Source: Candidatus Helarchaeota archaeon
GTDB taxonomy: Archaea; Asgardarchaeota; Lokiarchaeia; Helarchaeales; RDOG01
DNA length: 23,999 bases
Reading direction: 5' to 3'
NCBI GenBank assembly: GCA_029838215.1
Contig: JALGVI010000079.1
Coordinates: 1 to 23,999, forward strand
Made by a program: the position numbers and the translations under genes. Below, one piece after another: positions 17,673 to 23,999 of this stretch. Below the pieces are notes generated by a model. That model did no database searches and was not told the origin of the DNA. It saw nothing but the letters and a program-made list of their open reading frames with translations. Within the stretch, counting starts at the first letter, position 1. Each line of letters opens with the position of its first letter.

Positions 17673-17727
17673 TTAATCCAAATGACATCTAATGATCAAA
17701 AAAATCGAGCTGTTCGCCCATAAATAT

Positions 17728-17752
17728 CAAGAAAAAACAAGAAAAAAAAGAA
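17728..17752 (-). terminator. U-rich terminator downstream of the dodecin-like gene
   Basis: The minus strand reads TTCTTTTTTTTCTTGTTTTTTCTTG (on the plus strand, CAAGAAAAAA x2), about 30 nt past the stop. Confidence 0.5.
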
Positions 17753-17779
17753 TTGAGTTGTTGTTGAAGGATTTGGGAC

Positions 17780-17992
17780 TTATTTCTCTTCATACTTAAA
17801 AGAGAGCCGTACTCGTGCACGATACATTACGATCTTGTTGTTATCGATTTTGACATCTAATTGAACGACTTCTGCAATTCGAAGATCGCGTAATGACTTA
17901 GAGGCTTGCGTTATTGCAACCTGTACGGCATCTTCCCATCCTTTTTCCGAGGCTCCAACGAGCTCTATTATTTTATATACAGAATCAGGCAA
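17780..17992 (-). CDS. Dodecin-family small protein
   Basis: 70 aa: SVYKIIELVGAS-x-x-GWEDAV...AS-x-SLRDLRIAEV...YRARVRLSFKYE; TTG start with GTGGGG RBS. Confidence 0.9.
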   Translation of the reverse strand: MPDSVYKIIELVGASEKGWEDAVQVAITQASKSLRDLRIAEVVQLDVKIDNNKIVMYRARVRLSFKYEEK

Positions 17993-18119
17993 AATTTCAA
18001 CCCCACTTGATTTTTGCTGAAAAAAAATGAGTATTTATTTCTAAGTCGGAGCATCCTTATTTATTTTTCCACGACAAATGACTTATTAATTGGAATTCAT
18101 TTACAAAATTGAGTGGATT

Positions 18120-19214
18120 ATGATGAAGATCCCGATCATAAAACCCTGTGTTAACCGTTATACGGAAGAATTACTGCCAATTCTGGGAGAAATTCTTAAT
18201 AGTAACATGCTTACCAATGTTCATGATTATACCGTAAAATTTGAAGATGCAATAAAGAAATATCTTGCTTGTAAGGATACTATTGCCCTGTCATCATGTA
18301 CCTCGGGTTTGATCCTTACGTTTAAAGCTCTAGGAATTTCAAATAAAGAAATTATCTTACCAAGCTTTACATTTGTGGCAACCGCGGCAGTGGCTTCTTG
18401 GACAAATAATAAGATAAAATACGCGGACATTGATGATACATTAACCATTGCCCCCGATGACGTGAATGAAAAAGTTTCATCCAAGACGGGTGCAATTTTA
18501 GCGGTTCACATGTATGGAAATCCTGCGCATGTTAAAGAACTGGGTGAAATCGCAAGTGATCATGGCATTCCGCTTATTTTTGATGGTGCTCATGCTTTGG
18601 GAGCTGAATATCATGAAAAGAAAATTGGGAATTTTGGAATGGCAGAAGTATTTAGCTTGAGTCCAACAAAGCTCTTAACAACAGTTGAAGGTGGGATTGT
18701 TTCAACAAGTAATGAAGAATTAGCCGAAAAATTGCGAATTTTAAGGAATTATGGAATGAATCCGGACTATACTTCCAAAATGGCAGGAATTAATGCAAGA
18801 ATGTCTGAAATACATGCCGCTATTGGATTAGTACAGGTTAAAGATTTAGAAACGTTTATTTCAAACCGAAATGATTACGTGAATTTGTACAAAAAAGAAT
18901 TATCTTCGATTAATGGAATTAGCTTCCAAAGAATTCCAGAAAATCACAGGAGCACGCATAAAGATTTCTCGATAATATTGGATCCTGAGAAATACGGGAT
19001 GAATCGGGATGAGCTTGGGAAAAAGTTGGAAGGTTCGGGTGTAGGAGTAAAGAAATACTTCTTCCCGCCGATGCATCGACTTAAAGCATACGAAGATAAA
19101 GATGCGAAATTACCCATCACGGATGAAGTGTCAAACAATCTTTTATCTCTTCCAATTCATAACTTCATGCATGAGTCTGACATAAAAAGAATAGTAGACC
19201 TTATTCGAGGATAA
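18120..19214 (+). CDS. DegT/DnrJ/EryC1/StrS PLP-dependent sugar aminotransferase (VioA/DesI-like)
   Basis: ALSSCTSGL, PSFTFVAT, VHMYGNP, IFDGAHALG, FSLSPTK (PLP Lys), EGG, GINARMSE. The start is placed at ATG 18120/18123 after GAGTGG rather than TTG 18090. Confidence 0.92.
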   Translation: MMKIPIIKPCVNRYTEELLPILGEILNSNMLTNVHDYTVKFEDAIKKYLACKDTIALSSCTSGLILTFKALGISNKEIILPSFTFVATAAVASWTNNKIKYADIDDTLTIAPDDVNEKVSSKTGAILAVHMYGNPAHVKELGEIASDHGIPLIFDGAHALGAEYHEKKIGNFGMAEVFSLSPTKLLTTVEGGIVSTSNEELAEKLRILRNYGMNPDYTSKMAGINARMSEIHAAIGLVQVKDLETFISNRNDYVNLYKKELSSINGISFQRIPENHRSTHKDFSIILDPEKYGMNRDELGKKLEGSGVGVKKYFFPPMHRLKAYEDKDAKLPITDEVSNNLLSLPIHNFMHESDIKRIVDLIRG

Positions 19215-19217
19215 AAG

Positions 19218-19619
19218 ATGACAGAAGACCGTTTTAAGGATTGGAAGCCTCCAGAGTTTGATGAAAGGGGGTTTACAAAATGGAATTGGTGGTGTCAACA
19301 TCATCAGAACTTGAAATTAGGAATCAAGACGGATATTGGTGCTTTTACATATATGAACGCGAAATTTGGGATTGAGATTGGTGATTACGTTCAGGTTGCT
19401 TCACACTGTGCCATATATTCTTATTCCACGATAGATAATAAGAAGGGAAAGGTAATAATAAAGGAAAATGCAAAAATTGGATCTCATTGCGTGATTTTTC
19501 CAGGAATAACGATTGGTAAAAATGCAATTATCGGTGCGGGTGCAGTCGTGACGAAAGACGTTCCTGATAATGCCGTAGCCATTGGAATTCCTGCAAAAGT
19601 AGTGAGATATATCGACTAG
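19218..19619 (+). CDS. Hexapeptide-repeat (left-handed beta-helix) acetyl/acyltransferase
   Basis: IGDYVQV, IKENAKIGSHCVIFPGITIGKNAIIGAGAVVTKDVP...GIPAKV; 3 nt after the aminotransferase stop. Confidence 0.9.
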   Translation: MTEDRFKDWKPPEFDERGFTKWNWWCQHHQNLKLGIKTDIGAFTYMNAKFGIEIGDYVQVASHCAIYSYSTIDNKKGKVIIKENAKIGSHCVIFPGITIGKNAIIGAGAVVTKDVPDNAVAIGIPAKVVRYID

Positions 19620-19636
19620 ATTAAGGGTTTCTTCTT

Positions 19637-21607
19637 TCAAACATCACGTGCAATCTTCTCAATTTGTTGAACAATTCTTTTTGTTGACATTCCATCAAAA
19701 GAAAAGCAATGATCCTTGATGAAATTATTCCGATTTTTTTTCATTTCTTGAACATATTCAGGATCACTTAAGATTTTTTTTAAAGATAAAGCAAGGTCAT
19801 CAGAATTTGCAACAACTGAAGCAACAGAATAGGGTAAATATTGATTCTGAACTTCGTAATCAAAATGCCCTTCCAATTTCCGTATCAATATGAGATTTTT
19901 GTCCATCAAAATGGCTTCGGTGGCCGTCGTGGATGTTCTGGTTATGACGAAGTCGCTAGCATCATAAAGTTCGTATAGATTTACATTTCTTAAGACAGGT
20001 ACGTTTGAAATTCCGTTCATTGCCAAAAAATTTTCATAACGCTCGGTTGATTCGTGTGGATGCGTTTTGATAATCAGTCGAACGGTGGGAACGTCTTTTA
20101 GTGCTTTGAGAATCATCAGGATATCTTTTTTCATCTCATTGAAGAATTTATTTTGTGTTGTAAAGACTAATACCTTCTCTTCAGGTTTTATGCCTAGCTG
20201 TGACCGAAATTCTCGGGAATTGAAGAATTTTTTTTGAGCCCAAATCAAGTCAAATCTTGGGAGTCCTGTTGTAATAACATTACTTTCAGGAAATCTGGCC
20301 TGAGTTATTAATAATTCCTTGAAATGATTACCCATTGTAAACATGTACGTTGGTAAAAATGCATGTTCTTCCTTGAGTGGGTGAAAGTAGTCGTAATCAT
20401 TAACAGTAATTTCACCGTGTTGAATTCCAATAACGGGTTTATTCAATTTTTTTGCGTGATAACATAGTATTTTTCCAACGACGGTATTTTCCGAAGCGAA
20501 TAATAAAACATCGGGATTCTTTCTCACGAGCATGTTTCTTGCGGCTTCAAACATTTTTATCGTTCTCAAAATCCCAAAATGGAAAATTCTCGAGACATGT
20601 TCTTTGTATAATGGCCATAAAGAAACACCCTTAAATGAAAAAATTCGAATGAAATTGTCATTTTTTTCAAGTATTTTCCATCTTTCTTTGAATATTTGGC
20701 TTGCTTGAAGTATTTTTCTGCACGTGGTAAGATTAACATGACCATCCAGATAAAAGCAATTAGAAGGGCGGATTAGTAGTTCTTTGAACATTTTTAAAAA
20801 AGAGAATGGACTTACACCCAAGAGAACCATTAAATCGTGTTGTCTTGCAAGATATGTCATTACTGAACTCATTATAAATTCCGTGAAAACGAGTTTTTTT
20901 CGGGCGTGATCGTATCTGCTTTTAAAACTGTTGATAAAAGTCAGTAGAAGAATGCTCAAATTTCCCTTTTTTCTCACGGTATAATGGAAGAAATTCAGAA
21001 GTTTCGTGAAGATTGCCCTTGCCATGGTTTCGTAAATCATCAGAATGGAATACACGGGCTTTATTAAAGCAATGATTCTATCACGGAAAGATCTTGAGTG
21101 CCTATAATGTCTGATGAACGTCGTCTTTATACTTTTCGCTTGACAAAATAGTTCAAGTATTTCATTTTGATAATCGCGTGTTTTATTCAAAATTATTATT
21201 TCATCTGGTTTCTCTTTATCAATTATTCTCTCCAGACTTAAGATGAGAAAAAAGATTTTCCTAAATCGGTAATCATAGCTCGTTACCAAAGGGTAATCAT
21301 TAAGCCACCATAAGGAAATATCTTCATGATAAAATAATTTTCTAAAATTTAGATTTGGATGTATTTCTGCTAACACCCAACTTTTCATCCACTTTGAAAG
21401 CATCAAATTACTTCTATTCACAAAATCCTTTTCGAGAAATTCTTCTACGCTTTTAATTTCAATGGTAGTAAAGCGTTGTTGAACCTCTTTTTTTAAGAGA
21501 TCATCAAAAAGGATGACTTTTAATTCTTCATTTTGTTTTAATCGAAAAAGAGCAAGAGCCTCGACGTCTGCTCTTGAAAAAATACAGGACAGGAGTATTT
21601 TTACCAT
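19637..21607 (-). CDS. Large surface-carbohydrate biosynthesis protein with C-terminal GT-B-like (TagF/sialyltransferase-like) domain
   Basis: GIQHG, TGLPRFD, FTTQ, IKTHPHE, SDFVITRTSTTATEAILMDK. Start is ATG 21607, or GTG 21619 (which may instead be part of the RBS). Confidence 0.65.
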   Translation of the reverse strand: MVKILLSCIFSRADVEALALFRLKQNEELKVILFDDLLKKEVQQRFTTIEIKSVEEFLEKDFVNRSNLMLSKWMKSWVLAEIHPNLNFRKLFYHEDISLWWLNDYPLVTSYDYRFRKIFFLILSLERIIDKEKPDEIIILNKTRDYQNEILELFCQAKSIKTTFIRHYRHSRSFRDRIIALIKPVYSILMIYETMARAIFTKLLNFFHYTVRKKGNLSILLLTFINSFKSRYDHARKKLVFTEFIMSSVMTYLARQHDLMVLLGVSPFSFLKMFKELLIRPSNCFYLDGHVNLTTCRKILQASQIFKERWKILEKNDNFIRIFSFKGVSLWPLYKEHVSRIFHFGILRTIKMFEAARNMLVRKNPDVLLFASENTVVGKILCYHAKKLNKPVIGIQHGEITVNDYDYFHPLKEEHAFLPTYMFTMGNHFKELLITQARFPESNVITTGLPRFDLIWAQKKFFNSREFRSQLGIKPEEKVLVFTTQNKFFNEMKKDILMILKALKDVPTVRLIIKTHPHESTERYENFLAMNGISNVPVLRNVNLYELYDASDFVITRTSTTATEAILMDKNLILIRKLEGHFDYEVQNQYLPYSVASVVANSDDLALSLKKILSDPEYVQEMKKNRNNFIKDHCFSFDGMSTKRIVQQIEKIARDV

Positions 21608-21907
21608 GAAATCTCTCACGTTATTTATTGAAAATTAATAGGTCGGCAAACAAAGCTTAAGATCATTAATTTAGTTCTATCATGATTTTTTATCTATTCT
21701 CTTATAAAAGAAATTCTTAATTTTCATGCAATGAATCGTGATGCCAAGATGTATTCTTGATTAAAAAGTTAAAAAAAAATAAGAATTTAATAGATAAAAT
21801 AAATATGCACGGATATAAATCGATATCGAAAATAAACGAGAGAATTCAACGAATTTTAGGCATGAATTCCCTCAATGTACTGAAAATATGATAAAAATGG
21901 GGTTTTC

Positions 21908-23152
21908 TTGATTATAGATGAAGCACCTTCAAGAGATCGATTAGCAGTCGCAGTAATTTCTAGTCGAATCGGAAAAACTCCGGAACACATTGAAAACTCA
22001 TTTGTTTTCGATGAGATTCTGCGATTATCAGAAAAGGGAATCGACATACACGTCATTAGGGGTAAGAAAGAAGGTGACTCGGTCTATGATGGTCTAAATT
22101 TTCACGGTTTGAATACGAGATACAATTTTCGGGTATTAAAGTCTGTTTTTAGATGCATTGGTCAATATTCTCCATCTTTTTTATTGAATAGACCCAAGAT
22201 CGTCTTGGGAGATAACATGTATGCTTCTAGTGTTGTAAACGTGATAAACAAACATGATTTAGATCTCATTCATGCTCATTTCGCTTACCGAGAAGGTTTG
22301 ATCGGACTCTTGGCAAAGAAGCAGACTAAAAAGCCCTTGATCGTGACGGTTCACGGCTATGATATTCTTGTTAATTCAGAATTGAATTATGGAATAAGGC
22401 TTGACAAGAAATTCAACACGCTTGTAAAAAAAGTTCTGGACAATTCAGATGCAGTAATAGCTGCGAGTAAAGCAACATTTGATGAATCCAGTAAGGTAAT
22501 TGGGAATGATGAGAAGGTTCACCTGATACATCACGGTATTGATATCCAACAATTCCGTCCAGACATTGACGGGTCAGAAATAAGAGAAAAATTGGGAATT
22601 GGAAGTGAAACACGACTTGTATTCACGTTAGGGGCATACCGGGAAGATAAGGGATTTGATGATGTCATTAAAGCCGCCGCGCTGGTTTTAAAACAAATTA
22701 AGGATGTAATTTTCGTTCTTGGGGGTGATGGACCCTTAAGGGATTATTACGAACAATTGGCTTTAGACCTCGGTATCAGGGATAAAATTATATTCACGGG
22801 TTGGATTTCACCGAAACGTAGAGCACGTTATTATGCAATGAGTGATTTCATTATAGTTCCATCGTTGCAAGAAGCCTTTGGATTGGTGGTGACAGAGGCC
22901 ATGGGTTGTGGAAAGGTTGTGATTGGAACAAATGTTGGTGGAATCCCCGATCAAATAAAGAATGAAATAAATGGATTTTTGATTCCTCCCAGAAATCCAC
23001 GGGAATTAGCAAACAAGATATTAAGATTGGCTGAAAATCCAAAAGAAATCAACGAAATGGGAAAAAATGCAAGGAAAGTAGTCGAAAAAAAATTTGATGT
23101 TAAAATAAAAATCGAAAAAATCATTTCTCTATACAATCAATTGATAAAATGA
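21908..23152 (+). CDS. GT4 (GT-B) glycosyltransferase
   Basis: DLIHAHF, VTVHGYD, HGID, KGF, GGDGPLR, QEAFGLVVTEAMGCGK, VGGIPD; TTG start. Confidence 0.92.
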   Translation: MIIDEAPSRDRLAVAVISSRIGKTPEHIENSFVFDEILRLSEKGIDIHVIRGKKEGDSVYDGLNFHGLNTRYNFRVLKSVFRCIGQYSPSFLLNRPKIVLGDNMYASSVVNVINKHDLDLIHAHFAYREGLIGLLAKKQTKKPLIVTVHGYDILVNSELNYGIRLDKKFNTLVKKVLDNSDAVIAASKATFDESSKVIGNDEKVHLIHHGIDIQQFRPDIDGSEIREKLGIGSETRLVFTLGAYREDKGFDDVIKAAALVLKQIKDVIFVLGGDGPLRDYYEQLALDLGIRDKIIFTGWISPKRRARYYAMSDFIIVPSLQEAFGLVVTEAMGCGKVVIGTNVGGIPDQIKNEINGFLIPPRNPRELANKILRLAENPKEINEMGKNARKVVEKKFDVKIKIEKIISLYNQLIK

Positions 23153-23211
23153 TTAATGATTTGTTAAGTAAGAAGATATTTTATTAATCAAAGAAAAAAT
23201 GGAGATTTTTA

Positions 23212-23999
23212 ATGAAATTTGTCATCGTTTCTTCAGATAATCCTTTCATGCAAGTAAAAGTGGGCGGTAAACACATCCACATCGCAAACTTTTACAATGC
23301 TATTAAAAATGATGGAATAGAGACAGAAGTTATAACATTTGATAAGGAGATTAATATAAACGTTAAAAGTCCTTCACTATTTTTTTCTTATTTTTTATCA
23401 AGATTGTTTAAAGGCAAGAAAAACTCAAATAATAAAAGGAAAAATGCGAATTTTCGTTCCTTATTTTCAAAAAAGGTTCTAGATAAAGAATTGTTATCCC
23501 ATTACATGCAAAAGCATGTTAATTATGATGTCAGTCTTCAGGAATCCAAGAATTTAAGATTTTTGTTTAGGGTTAAGGCCATTGAGAACGAATTACGTGA
23601 CAAGATACTTGAAATGCTAAAGAAGGAAAATCGAGAAAATCTTTATTTTATTGCCGAAGATACAATTGCTATCAATGCCCTTTATCGGGCAGGAATTCAC
23701 AAAGAGCATATATTTGCAGTAATTCATGGATATTTCACGCATGAAGCGTTGAATTATCAATCATTGATTAAAAATGAACATGATCTAAAATTTCTTTTTG
23801 AATATGAGAAGAAAGCATATTTTTATTGTTCAAAAATCGTTGCAGTTGATAGTGCCATTCGGGATTATATCGTGAAAGAAATAGGTGTCCCCAAGCAAAA
23901 TGTGAAGGAAATATATAATGCCATTGATTACAAACCTTTGGATGTTAATAGAGAAAGAAAACAGCATTTTAAAGAGGAGTTTTTTAAGAGTCAGAATTT
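23212..23999 (+). CDS. GT4-type glycosyltransferase N-terminal domain (partial, runs off the window; absent from the ORF track)
   Basis: My translation is open from ATG 23212 to the end: MKFVIVSSDNPFMQVKVGGKHIHI...AVIHG...IVAVDSAIRDYI...IYNAID. Confidence 0.75.
   Translation, partial: MKFVIVSSDNPFMQVKVGGKHIHIANFYNAIKNDGIETEVITFDKEININVKSPSLFFSYFLSRLFKGKKNSNNKRKNANFRSLFSKKVLDKELLSHYMQKHVNYDVSLQESKNLRFLFRVKAIENELRDKILEMLKKENRENLYFIAEDTIAINALYRAGIHKEHIFAVIHGYFTHEALNYQSLIKNEHDLKFLFEYEKKAYFYCSKIVAVDSAIRDYIVKEIGVPKQNVKEIYNAIDYKPLDVNRERKQHFKEEFFKSQN

Noticed and set aside
18090-18119. TTG start at 18090 for the aminotransferase
   Set aside because: The extension covers the RBS-like GAGTGG; ATG 18120/18123 gives the family-typical N-terminus (MKIPIIKP)
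21820-21829. Perfect 10-bp palindrome TCGATATCGA in a divergent promoter region
   Set aside because: Single short occurrence with no extension or second copy; it could be an operator but cannot be supported
577-23136. Numerous 60-134-aa ORFs nested in or antisense to larger genes (e.g. 577..846, 6694..7035, 12427..12831, 17326..17598)
   Set aside because: Each lies inside a well-supported gene and shows no family motif
1-23999. tRNA, rRNA, CRISPR array, IS/transposase/integrase, intein or selenocysteine readthrough
   Set aside because: No T-loop or cloverleaf, no spaced repeat array, no recombinase motif, no oversized insertion, and no split ORF at an in-frame TGA was seen by eye

Overview
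AT-rich, densely coding surface-glycan biosynthesis region with about 20 genes whose orientation switches 10 times. It is probably archaeal, based on GGTG/GAGGT-type ribosome-binding sites, TATA-like boxes, U-tract terminators and frequent TTG starts; an Asgard-like host is a guess the window cannot prove. It encodes a WecC/WbpA-type UDP-HexNAc dehydrogenase, four GT4 glycosyltransferases (one truncated by the window end) and a GT2. There is a neuB-neuC-(B12 radical SAM)-GT4 operon, and divergent from it a CBS-SDR fusion, a D-2-hydroxyacid dehydrogenase and an LsrK-like FGGY kinase. The rest are a methyltransferase, a small basic hypothetical protein, a non-hydrolysing UDP-GlcNAc 2-epimerase, an ABC-2 exporter, a dodecin-like protein, a DegT aminotransferase with a hexapeptide acetyltransferase, and a 660-aa GT-B-like protein. 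The main lead, which is inference, is a non-canonical nonulosonic (sialic-like) acid pathway: a CBS-fused Cj1427-like C4 dehydrogenase would replace the usual 4,6-dehydratase, with possible radical-SAM tailoring. No rRNA, tRNA, CRISPR array or mobile element was recognised. Family assignments come from motif recognition by eye, not from database searches.
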